A stretch of DNA of 64,000 nucleotides, taken from the NCBI GenBank assembly GCA_902593795.1, contig CACJJR010000003.1:23626-87625 (forward strand), read 5' to 3'. This document shows, one piece after another, positions 1-8,012 of the stretch. How positions within the stretch are numbered: the stretch's first letter is position 1; every line of letters starts with the position of its first letter. A program made the position numbers and the translations under genes. The notes below the pieces were generated by a model. The model had not been told where the DNA came from and ran no database searches. It saw nothing but the letters and a program-made list of their open reading frames with translations. The stretch is from an uncultured Candidatus Actinomarina sp. GTDB lineage: Bacteria > Actinomycetota > Acidimicrobiia > Actinomarinales > Actinomarinaceae.

Positions 1-1
1 C

Positions 2-307
2 CTTGCAGGATTACCATTAACTAGTGGATTTGTTTCAAAGTTTATCTTAATTACTAATCTCTGGTCGTATGAGAGATATATATTAGTTACTGTATTGATG
101 CTTACTACAGTTGCTGGTTTTTACTTTTACTTACGACCTATATGGGTTGCAGCAGTAGAAAAGACAGAAAATGTAGTTGAGAAGATACAGGTCAAAAACT
201 CAGATAAATTATTACTAGGTATTATGGCGGCACTAACCATTTACTTTGGACTACTTCCAAACAGTCTTGTAAATATTACTCGTTGGATGGTCGAAGGATA
301 TCTCTAA
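2..307 (+). CDS. C-terminal fragment of a NuoN/NuoM/MnhD-family (proton-antiporter-like) membrane subunit; the 5' end lies outside the window
   Basis: The frame is open from the window edge (LAGLPLTSGFVSKFILITNLW...). The GxPxxxGFxxKF helix and hydrophobic tail parallel the C-terminus of the nuoN product at 21359-22837 (SLAGIPPLGGWFAKFVVF...). Confidence 0.65.
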   Translation, partial: LAGLPLTSGFVSKFILITNLWSYERYILVTVLMLTTVAGFYFYLRPIWVAAVEKTENVVEKIQVKNSDKLLLGIMAALTIYFGLLPNSLVNITRWMVEGYL

Positions 308-441
308 TGTTCACTAAAATAACTCCACCGCCTATCCTAAATCATCAAGGTGGTTGGGATGAAATGCTTATGTTTTTAATTCCAGCTTTACTTTTAACTT
401 GGTTAAGAAATAAACAAAAAAATGAAAATTTAGACGAATAA
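307..441 (+). CDS. Small (44 aa) single-TM protein, translationally coupled to the preceding antiporter-like gene
   Basis: Not in the ORF track (<60 aa). The ATG overlaps the upstream stop (TAATG). Translation is MFTKITPPPILNHQGGWDEMLMFLIPALLLTWLRNKQKNENLDE, one hydrophobic helix followed by a basic/acidic tail. Confidence 0.4.
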   Translation: MFTKITPPPILNHQGGWDEMLMFLIPALLLTWLRNKQKNENLDE

Positions 442-509
442 TTTTTATATTTAATAATTTTTTAATAAAATAAATTAATGTTATTTTTCGTAATATATAA
501 AATTAGCTA

Positions 510-1223
510 ATGATTCAAATCCAAAACCTCACTATGAAATACAAAAATGGAAAAGGTGTTGGAGATATTAACATCACTGTTGATAATGGTGAAGTTAAGG
601 GTTTATTAGGTCCTAATGGAGCTGGAAAATCCACAACAATGAGAAGTCTTATGGGTTTTTTAATCCCCTCAGAAGGTTCTCTTTCAGTTGAGGGAATAAA
701 TACAATTGAAAATCCTGTTGAAGCAAAGAAAATAATAGGATATTTACCTGGAGATCCTCAACTTCCACAAAATTTAAACTCTAAATCATTATTTAAACTT
801 GGTGCTGACATGAGAGCCCAATCAACTGATTATGCAATGGAATTAGCAGAAAAATTTGAATTGGAAGTTGATCAAACTATTAAAGAATTATCTAAAGGTA
901 ACAGACAAAAAGTCGCATTGATACTAGCAGTACTTCATAAGCCAAAGGCACTAATTTTAGACGAGCCAACTTCAGGCCTAGACCCTTTTCATCAAAGAAC
1001 ATTTTTTGAAATTATTAAAGAATTTGCAAATAATGGTGCTGCAATACTTTTATCATCACATATTATTTCTGAGGTTGAAAAAGTTGCAGACTCAATGGCC
1101 GTTTTACGAGACGGTGCAAAAGTATATGATGAATCTTATGAGACGTTTTCAAGCAAGGCTGCAGAACAGGGTGAAGATTTAGAAGATGCCTTTTTTAAAT
1201 TTTATGATAGGAGAGAAGGTTAA
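510..1223 (+). CDS. ABC transporter ATP-binding protein (ABC-2 exporter type)
   Basis: Walker A GPNGAGKST, signature LSKGNRQK, Walker B LILDEPTSGLD, H-loop SSH. The stop overlaps the start of the next permease gene. Confidence 0.9.
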   Translation: MIQIQNLTMKYKNGKGVGDINITVDNGEVKGLLGPNGAGKSTTMRSLMGFLIPSEGSLSVEGINTIENPVEAKKIIGYLPGDPQLPQNLNSKSLFKLGADMRAQSTDYAMELAEKFELEVDQTIKELSKGNRQKVALILAVLHKPKALILDEPTSGLDPFHQRTFFEIIKEFANNGAAILLSSHIISEVEKVADSMAVLRDGAKVYDESYETFSSKAAEQGEDLEDAFFKFYDRREG

Positions 1224-2047
1224 TGTTTAATTATTTGAAATATATGGTGACAGTCCCAAGAAAATTTATTTTAAACTGGGCAATTTCTGGAGGAGTGTAT
1301 TTATTGATTCTTCCACTAGCTTTTGCAAACACAAGTGTTGAGAGTCTACTTATTGATACTCAGCGAGAAGCTTTTAGGGGTATGTCTGAAAATGAAACAA
1401 TGATGAACTTACTAGGAATTTCAGATTGGGACAATGTCTTTACTTTAGAAGGAATGGTAACAACTTACTTTTTGATTCCTTTTGTGCCTATTTTAATTGG
1501 GATAGCCACAATTATTCTTTTAAATAAACTTGGCTCAAAAGCTGAGGAAGATGGTACTTTCGAATTTGTTGCGGCTTTACCAATGACACGATCAACAGTT
1601 TATCTTACACAATCACTGTTAGCTGTATTTTTTGGTTTGTTTGTAACTTTTGCATGGACAAATATTATGTTTATTCCAATTGCTACTATGGAACTTAGTC
1701 AAACGCTTGATTACGTTCCTCTAATGAAAGCAACACTACAGGCTGCTTTAGCTGGGGTAAGTTTTGGTGTTTTAGGCTTTGCACTTGGAGCATATACTGG
1801 TAAATCATCAATGGCATGGGCTTTTGGTGGTGGTCTCATGGCAATTGAATATTTAGCAAATTCATTAAAAGGCACAAATGACTTCTTTTTGTGGATTGAT
1901 GACAATATCTCTTCCTTTGGTGCGTATGGCAATCCTTATCAAGATGGTTTAATTGGAGGAGATGTACTTCTTGTAATAGGAAAGATAGCACTATTTTTGG
2001 CTATTGGCTTTATTGGATTCAGAAATAGATCTTTAAATCTTAGATAA
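1223..2047 (+). CDS. ABC-2 type transporter permease
   Basis: 274 aa polytopic hydrophobic protein, coupled (TAATG) to the upstream ABC ATPase. Confidence 0.7.
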   Translation: MFNYLKYMVTVPRKFILNWAISGGVYLLILPLAFANTSVESLLIDTQREAFRGMSENETMMNLLGISDWDNVFTLEGMVTTYFLIPFVPILIGIATIILLNKLGSKAEEDGTFEFVAALPMTRSTVYLTQSLLAVFFGLFVTFAWTNIMFIPIATMELSQTLDYVPLMKATLQAALAGVSFGVLGFALGAYTGKSSMAWAFGGGLMAIEYLANSLKGTNDFFLWIDDNISSFGAYGNPYQDGLIGGDVLLVIGKIALFLAIGFIGFRNRSLNLR

Positions 2048-2087
2048 ATAATTTCCTACAAAAATTTAATTTACTTAATATAAACGT

Positions 2088-2525
2088 ATGCCAAATTTTT
2101 CAAGAACAGTCACAGTGAGCTCAGACATTGATTCATCATTTGTGTTTTTATCAGATTTTAGAAATTTAGAAAAATGGGCAGAAGGCGACGAAGGTGAACT
2201 TATAACCAAAGAACCATTAAGGCAAGGTTCAGTATTCAAAGTTAAAACACATTTTAATAATAAACCAAGAGAGTATGATTATGAAATTGTTGAATGGGGC
2301 CCACCATTAAGAGTTTCTTTACAGGCGTCAACTTCAATTTTTACAATTGTTGATACTATATTTTTATCAGCTAATTCAAAAGGAACAGAAGTTACTTATT
2401 CTGTAGATATCAAATACAAGTTTCCTTTTTTTATTCTTGGAATATTTGTAGGAACTATATTTAATAAAATAATGGATGAGCAAATAAAAAATCTTGAGGC
2501 AGTCCTTGGTCCAGTTCAAGGCTAG
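2088..2525 (+). CDS. SRPBCC-superfamily (polyketide cyclase/dehydrase-like) protein
   Basis: 145 aa. The N-terminus (FSRTVTVSSDIDSSFVFLSDFRNLEKW) and overall size are typical of SRPBCC/START-like ligand-binding proteins. Family assignment is from memory only. Confidence 0.55.
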   Translation: MPNFSRTVTVSSDIDSSFVFLSDFRNLEKWAEGDEGELITKEPLRQGSVFKVKTHFNNKPREYDYEIVEWGPPLRVSLQASTSIFTIVDTIFLSANSKGTEVTYSVDIKYKFPFFILGIFVGTIFNKIMDEQIKNLEAVLGPVQG

Positions 2526-3039
2526 CTTTCTAGTTTTAATATTATTTTTTTCTGTAAGTTGCCAAGCAGAACAGGAGAGTAATGTGAGTGTTGAGTATGG
2601 AGAGTTTCCACAGATAAGTGGAAGAGATTTAAACAAAAGAGACAAGGTTGTGCCAGATGATTTTGTTGATAAGAATCTAATAATAATTGTTGCTTTTCAA
2701 CAATGGCATCAACCATTAGTTGATGAATCAATATCATTATTAGAAAACAATGGACTTGGAGAAACACATAATATAATTGAAGTCCCAACTGTTCAAAAAA
2801 CATCTAAATTAGCTGAAGTTTATCTAGATGGAATAATGAGAGCTGGCATACGAGATGACAGAATTAGAAACAGAACAATAACTGCTTATCTTGATAAAAA
2901 TCAATTTCTAGAAACTTTAGACATACCCTCAGATGAAACAATCCACTGGTTCTTGGTAGGAAAAAATTCAAAAGATATACTTGCACGTGGCTATGGAATT
3001 ATTGCAGAAAAGGATTTAGAGTTAATAAATTCTTATTAA
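2494..3039 (+). CDS. Hypothetical secreted lipoprotein
   Basis: The N-terminal signal MRQSLVQFKASFLVLILFFSVSC has a lipobox-like SVSC. It overlaps the upstream gene by 32 nt. No family recognised. Confidence 0.5.
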   Translation: MRQSLVQFKASFLVLILFFSVSCQAEQESNVSVEYGEFPQISGRDLNKRDKVVPDDFVDKNLIIIVAFQQWHQPLVDESISLLENNGLGETHNIIEVPTVQKTSKLAEVYLDGIMRAGIRDDRIRNRTITAYLDKNQFLETLDIPSDETIHWFLVGKNSKDILARGYGIIAEKDLELINSY

Positions 3040-3416
3040 ATATATATTGTTGTTAAATAGACAGCAGTTAATGCAAGTATAAGCATTACTCCATTGAATA
3101 CACCTCTAAGAGCAGCGCTAATGTTTGTTGCAAAGCTATGAAACGCTATAACAACACCAGCTAGAATTAAAATTCCAATTTCTAAATTCCAGTTTGCAGC
3201 TGCATCATTTACAGTTAGTAATATTCCAATACCAGATGTCACAGTTATTGCGTATGAAATCCATGAAATTTTACTAAATGAAATTCTTAAGACTCCTGTA
3301 GTGTTTCTTGTAGGATCGTACTTATTCATTCTTGGTGCAAATACTGCCCATGTAACCATAGATCCTAACCAGACAGATAAACCAACCACATGTATGAACT
3401 TTAAAATTACTTCCAT
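3036..3416 (-). CDS. Small 4-TM membrane protein (CopD-like/DUF-type), unknown function
   Basis: The ORF track gives a TTG start at 3485. I prefer the internal ATG at 3416 (MEVILKFIHVVGLSVWLGS...), where the first TM helix begins. Four hydrophobic segments. The start is uncertain. Confidence 0.5.
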   Translation of the reverse strand: MEVILKFIHVVGLSVWLGSMVTWAVFAPRMNKYDPTRNTTGVLRISFSKISWISYAITVTSGIGILLTVNDAAANWNLEIGILILAGVVIAFHSFATNISAALRGVFNGVMLILALTAVYLTTIYI

Positions 3417-3558
3417 AAAAAAAAGACTACCACCTATTAATTTTTTTAAGATATTTATATGAAAGAATAAAAAGCTTTGATTCAAAAAGCTTTTTATTCA
3501 TTCGAAGAATAGTTGTACTTAGATAGCAACAAAAAATTTAATAACTAATATATAAACA

Positions 3559-4161
3559 ATGGCAAAATTATATTTTTATTATGCAGCAATGAATGCTGGG
3601 AAGAGCACAACCCTTCTACAGTCAGCTCACAATTATGAAGAAAGAAATATGAGAACCCTTTTATTTACTCCAAAACTTGATGACAGATTTGGAGAGGGAA
3701 TGATTGCTTCAAGAATTGGCTTAGATAGAGAATGCGAAATATTTACTGCAGATGACGATTTATACGTCTGGACAGCGCATGAGCATCAAAGAGAACATCT
3801 ATCTTGTGTGCTTGTTGATGAATCACAATTTTTGAGTCCCAAACAAGTTCTCCAATTATCACTTGTAGTTGATAAGTTAAAGATACCTGTTCTTTGTTAT
3901 GGCTTAAGAACAGATTTCAGAGGGGAGCCGTTTCCAGGAAGTGCTTATTTATTAGCTTGGGCCGATGAAATGACTGAAATAAAGACTATTTGTAAGTCAG
4001 GAAAAAAAGCAACAATGAATGCACGGTTAGATGAAAACGGGAACAGAGTTACTGAAGGAGAGCAAATATCTATTGGTTTAAATTACGAAGCACAAGCAAG
4101 GGATGTTTTTGAACTAGATAAAGTTTCTCCAATTGGATATCAGATACCAGAAGCAAATTAA
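3559..4161 (+). CDS. tdk: Thymidine kinase
   Basis: [21 protein letters not shown] (P-loop), VLVDESQFL and [15 protein letters not shown] are near-colinear with enterobacterial Tdk as I recall it. Confidence 0.93.
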   Translation: MAKLYFYYAAMNAGKSTTLLQSAHNYEERNMRTLLFTPKLDDRFGEGMIASRIGLDRECEIFTADDDLYVWTAHEHQREHLSCVLVDESQFLSPKQVLQLSLVVDKLKIPVLCYGLRTDFRGEPFPGSAYLLAWADEMTEIKTICKSGKKATMNARLDENGNRVTEGEQISIGLNYEAQARDVFELDKVSPIGYQIPEAN

Positions 4162-4163
4162 AT

Positions 4164-4646
4164 TTAAGAAGCGTTTTCTAGTGGTGGTTCAGGTCTAGTA
4201 GCAAGCCAAGTACATAGTGCTATACCAAAAGAACCAAAAATTAAGTCTCCTACAAGTGAAAATACAAAATAAATTGTTAAAACGAAAGTTGGGATGATCA
4301 TAGATATTGCAAGCTTCTTAGCTCTTCTAGATAATCCTCTATAAGTTTGCCAATTTAAAATTATAGGACCAAAAATCCTGTGACTTTCTAGCCATAATGT
4401 AAACCTTTCAGAGCATTTTGAAAATGCCCATGCAGCTATAAGTATAAAAACTGTTGTTGGTAAACCAGGAACAACTATTCCAACATAACCTAATGAAAGT
4501 GAAAGGATGCCAATCGTGAAAAAAACTGGTTTATGTATTTTTAAAAATAATTTTGGAAAAAATCTATATAAGATAATAAATAAAAAGATTCCTCCACCAA
4601 TATATGAAAATAATTCATAAGGTATTTTTGATAATAAGTTTTCCAT
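4164..4646 (-). CDS. DUF454 (YbaN-like) inner-membrane protein
   Basis: GLPTTVFILIAAWAFSKCSERFTLWLESHRIFGPIILNW is the characteristic YbaN/DUF454 core. Confidence 0.8.
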   Translation of the reverse strand: MENLLSKIPYELFSYIGGGIFLFIILYRFFPKLFLKIHKPVFFTIGILSLSLGYVGIVVPGLPTTVFILIAAWAFSKCSERFTLWLESHRIFGPIILNWQTYRGLSRRAKKLAISMIIPTFVLTIYFVFSLVGDLIFGSFGIALCTWLATRPEPPLENAS

Positions 4647-4686
4647 ATTTATATATTAATATTTTCCTGTATAACCATAAATTGAA

Positions 4687-5370
4687 TTAACTTACAAATA
4701 CTCTTTTGGCTATATATTGATCTAGTCCAAAAAAGTTGTCTTTTGCAATGCTTACAGTTAGTGAGTATTTATTAGTATTTGAAATAAAAATCTTATTTCC
4801 TGGCAAAATATTATTTTTTTTAAGAAAAGATATAACCTCACCATCTCTTTTTAGTTCTTCAGAAATTTTTATAATTGAATATTTTTTGTTTGTATCAACA
4901 TCACATAACCTATCCATCGGACCTTCAAAATAGTTTGAATAGGGAATAGGGTTTCCAAATATTCCAGTTTTTGGATTACCTAGGACTTTTAGCATGGCAT
5001 CTTCAGTAACAGAGCTTAAAACATTTTCCCATTTTTTAGTTTCTTCATAGACCTGTTCCCAAGGTAAATTTAGAACTTCAGAAAGAAATCGTTCAATAAT
5101 TCGATGCCTTCTTGCAATCATTTTTGCAAGGTAGTCTCCTTTCTTTGTAAGCTTTAATTCATCACTGAACTCAATGAGACCACTATTTTGCATTCTTCCA
5201 ATAACTTGTGACACATTAGCTCTGCTGAAACCAAGCCATTCAGCAACACGGGTTTGCTTTACCTCTATTCCAACTTCTGATAAATGGAATATCGCTTCAG
5301 CATGTGAATAAAATGAATTTGGTAATTTCTCGATTTCACTTTGTGCAAATATATTTGGATTATTATTCAT
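4687..5370 (-). CDS. DtxR/IdeR/MntR-family metal-dependent transcriptional regulator with C-terminal SH3/FeoA-like domain
   Basis: wHTH region RVAEWLGFSRANVSQVIGRMQNSGLI, dimerisation/metal helix RRHRIIERFL, FGNPIP linker and a C-terminal FeoA-like domain. Confidence 0.85.
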   Translation of the reverse strand: MNNNPNIFAQSEIEKLPNSFYSHAEAIFHLSEVGIEVKQTRVAEWLGFSRANVSQVIGRMQNSGLIEFSDELKLTKKGDYLAKMIARRHRIIERFLSEVLNLPWEQVYEETKKWENVLSSVTEDAMLKVLGNPKTGIFGNPIPYSNYFEGPMDRLCDVDTNKKYSIIKISEELKRDGEVISFLKKNNILPGNKIFISNTNKYSLTVSIAKDNFFGLDQYIAKRVFVS

Positions 5371-5379
5371 TTGTATATA

Positions 5380-5397
5380 TGTTAACAGTAATTAACA
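5380..5397. promoter_or_regulatory. Inverted repeat TGTTAA-N6-TTAACA immediately upstream of the DtxR-family gene; candidate autoregulatory operator
   Basis: Read directly: TGTTAACAGTAATTAACA, 10 nt upstream of the start codon at 5370. It shares the TTAAC/GTTAA half-site with the palindromes at 6739-6775. Confidence 0.2.
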
Positions 5398-5649
5398 CAT
5401 AATGGAGTGAAGTTTAAAAGGCGGGACAACCAACTGCAAACGTCAATCCAAAGAAAAGAAACCATATTATTGGTTCATATTTCCGGACAAGCTTTGGATC
5501 TTTTTGCATTCTTTATATTCTAGTATTTAATGTATAATAGTAATAATATGATGTGCCCTTATGCTTATTTATTAGCTGGATTTATGTGGTTTGTACGTAA
5601 TGGGGGTAAGTTCGTAATCAAATCTTTTAATTTTAAAAAGCTTTCAAAA

Positions 5650-6666
5650 TCAGGCAGTCTTAACTAAATTTTCTAAAAGTGTAACAGTTTCTTCTGAATC
5701 ATTAAGACATGGTATGTAGGTCATATTCTTACCCCCCGCATCAAAAAATGTTTTCCTTCCTCGGATATCTATCTCTTCTAAAGTTTCAAGACAGTCTGAA
5801 ATAAAAGACGGGCACAATATAGCAATATTTTCTTTACCTTCTTCTGGCAGTTCAGCAAGCCTTCTATCAGTAAAAGGCGTAAGCCACCCTGGGCCTAGCC
5901 TGGACTGGTAAGCGACTTCCCATTGATCTTCACTTAATCCCAATTTTTTTGCTGTTAAGTCTGAAGCTATTCTTGTATGAGACCTGTAGCAGTCCTTAGA
6001 ACCTTCACTTTCTATTTCACAACAGTTACCAGTTGAAAAACAGTGTTCACCTGTTTCGTCTGTCTTTTTTGCCTGTCTTTTTGGGATTCCATGATAACTA
6101 AATATAATTTTGTCAAAGGATGATTTTTCAATGTAGGGTTTTATTGAATTACTTAAAGTATTTATATAAATTTCATTATCAAAAAAAGGTTTTGTAAAAA
6201 TCAACTCAAAATTTTCTGAAATTTCGTTAGCAACGACCCTAGTTTCCATTTCAGTAGTGACTGTTGTTGCCATAGCATTGTGTGGATAAAGAGATATAAC
6301 AATAATTTTGTATATACCTTTGCTTTTAAAATTGACTAAGGCTTTTTCAATACTTGGGTCTTCGTATCTCATTGCATAATCGACATTCCAGCCAGTTTTT
6401 TTTGATAATTTTTTGGCAATACTTTTAGTTGATAGAATTAGTGGAGAACCCTCTGGGGTCCAAATTAATTCATATGCTTCCAAAGTATTTTTAGGCCTGA
6501 AGGGGAGTATGAAAACTCTAAGTATTAATTGCTGCAAAATTTTAGGTATATCTAAAACATAATCATCAGATAAAAATACTCTTAGGTATTCTCTAACTGA
6601 TTTTTTTGTTAACTCCTTGGGACTACCTAGATTTATTAAAAGAACCCCTGTTTTATTTTTAGACAT
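5650..6666 (-). CDS. hemH: Ferrochelatase
   Basis: GVLLINLGSP, YHGIPKR and YQSRLGPGWLTPFTD are ferrochelatase signature regions. It carries an internal Cys-rich insertion. Confidence 0.9.
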   Translation of the reverse strand: MSKNKTGVLLINLGSPKELTKKSVREYLRVFLSDDYVLDIPKILQQLILRVFILPFRPKNTLEAYELIWTPEGSPLILSTKSIAKKLSKKTGWNVDYAMRYEDPSIEKALVNFKSKGIYKIIVISLYPHNAMATTVTTEMETRVVANEISENFELIFTKPFFDNEIYINTLSNSIKPYIEKSSFDKIIFSYHGIPKRQAKKTDETGEHCFSTGNCCEIESEGSKDCYRSHTRIASDLTAKKLGLSEDQWEVAYQSRLGPGWLTPFTDRRLAELPEEGKENIAILCPSFISDCLETLEEIDIRGRKTFFDAGGKNMTYIPCLNDSEETVTLLENLVKTA

Positions 6667-6738
6667 AACTAGATGTTACGACAAATCAAAAAAAAGGATA
6701 AATTAGAGAAAAGAAAAAAAAATATAAATAAATTACCA

Positions 6739-6775
6739 TTAACTTATAATGTTAAGTACTATTAACAAAGTTAAT
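6739..6775. promoter_or_regulatory. Two palindromes in the hemH / Fe-ABC divergent promoter region; candidate metalloregulator operators
   Basis: TTAAC-TTATAAT-GTTAA (6739-6755, enclosing a TATAAT -10-like hexamer) and the perfect ATTAAC-AAA-GTTAAT (6761-6775). Confidence 0.3.
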
Positions 6776-6792
6776 CAAAAAAAAAGGTTGAA

Positions 6793-7911
6793 ATGAATAA
6801 AAAAATCACAGTAATTTTAATTGCTTTTATGTTGGTTTTAACAGCTTGTTCACCTACAGCAGGAGAACAAGGACCAGCAGGAGAAGCAGGACCAGCAGGT
6901 GAAACAGGACCAGCAGGTACAGTATCACAAGAAGCTATAGATGCAGCTGTTGAAGCTGCATTAGCCGCAAGAGAAGCTGAAGTCGGCGGAACTCTTGTCA
7001 TTTATAGTGGTAGAAAAGAAAGTCTTGTAGCAGATATTATTGCAGAATTTGCCGCAACTTCAGGAGTTGAAGTTGAAGTAAGGTATGCCAAGAGTGCTGC
7101 GCTTGCAGGAACACTAGAACTAGAAGGTGCAATTAGCCCAGCTGATGTATTCTTCTCTCAAGATCCAGTTAGTCTTGGAGTCGTTGCAAAAGCCGGTCTT
7201 TTTGACAGACTTCCTGCTGATGTCTTAGACAATGTTCCATCTTGGGCAGTAGACAGTAATGGCTACTGGGTAGGTACATCTGGAAGATCACGATCTCTTG
7301 TAGTAGATACACGAGACGTTATGGATTCTGAACTACCAAGTGACATATACGGTTTAGCTGATGAAAAATTCCGTAATAGGTTAGGACTTGCGCCAACAAA
7401 CTCATCATTCATAGCAATGCTTGCTTGTATGATTGAGTCAGATGGTGAAGAAAAAGTCTTAGATTGGCTAACAACAATTAATGGTCTTGGATATGGTGAA
7501 TATCCAAAAAACTCACCTCAAGTAGCAGCAGCTGCAGCAGGTGAGCTTGATATTGGAATGATCAATCATTACTACACACTAAGAGTATTAGCAGAAGATG
7601 CTGATGCTCCTATTAAGAATGTTTATTTAGACGGTGGATGTGGTGCAATGGTTATGCCAGCAGGAGTTGGAATTTTGTCCTCAAGCCAAAATAAACCAGC
7701 AGCTATGGCTTTCATTGACTTCTTACATTCTAAGAGTGCTCAAGAAACATTTACAAATACAGTATACGAGTTCCCTCTTGTTGAAGGTATTCAGCCAAAT
7801 GCATTACTACCAGAGATAAATAGTTTGAATTCACCTTCGAACTTAAACTGGTCAGCTTTAGCATTATGGCAAGAAAAAGCTGTAGAGTTGATTGCTCAAG
7901 CAGGATTTTAG
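6793..7911 (+). CDS. Fe(III)-type ABC transporter substrate-binding lipoprotein (FbpA/AfuA-like)
   Basis: Lipoprotein signal ...MLVLTAC. The mature domain (GTLVIYSGRKESLVADIIAEFAATSGVEVEVRY...) is typical of the FbpA/AfuA/ThiB periplasmic-binding family. It is followed by a fused double permease and a PotA/FbpC-like ATPase. Confidence 0.85.
   Translation: MNKKITVILIAFMLVLTACSPTAGEQGPAGEAGPAGETGPAGTVSQEAIDAAVEAALAAREAEVGGTLVIYSGRKESLVADIIAEFAATSGVEVEVRYAKSAALAGTLELEGAISPADVFFSQDPVSLGVVAKAGLFDRLPADVLDNVPSWAVDSNGYWVGTSGRSRSLVVDTRDVMDSELPSDIYGLADEKFRNRLGLAPTNSSFIAMLACMIESDGEEKVLDWLTTINGLGYGEYPKNSPQVAAAAAGELDIGMINHYYTLRVLAEDADAPIKNVYLDGGCGAMVMPAGVGILSSSQNKPAAMAFIDFLHSKSAQETFTNTVYEFPLVEGIQPNALLPEINSLNSPSNLNWSALALWQEKAVELIAQAGF
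6862..6918 (+). repeat. In-frame 18-nt tandem repeat x3 encoding a collagen-like G-X-Y tract (GEQGPAGEAGPAGETGPAG)
   Basis: GGACCAGCAGG(A/T)GAA units start at 6871, 6889 and 6907. The tract lies directly after the lipobox Cys codon (6847-6849). Confidence 0.9.
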
Positions 7912-7937
7912 TCCGTCCGTCAGTATCAACATAAGCC

Positions 7938-7980
7938 AAAAAATTCTGGTCAGAGAGATCTGACCAGAATTTTTTCTTTT
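7938..7980 (+). terminator. Strong rho-independent (potentially bidirectional) terminator after the binding-protein gene
   Basis: A 17-bp perfect stem, AAAAAATTCTGGTCAGA / TCTGACCAGAATTTTTT, with a GAGA loop, an A-run upstream and a T-run downstream. Confidence 0.8.
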
Positions 7981-8012
7981 ATTATTCAAATAATTTATTT
8001 AATCTTAATAAA

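Noticed and set aside
6771-7001. Minus-strand 76-aa Pro/Ala-rich ORF
   Set aside because: It is antisense to the collagen-like repeat and N-terminus of the binding-protein gene. Its low-complexity translation is a mirror of the repeat, not a gene.
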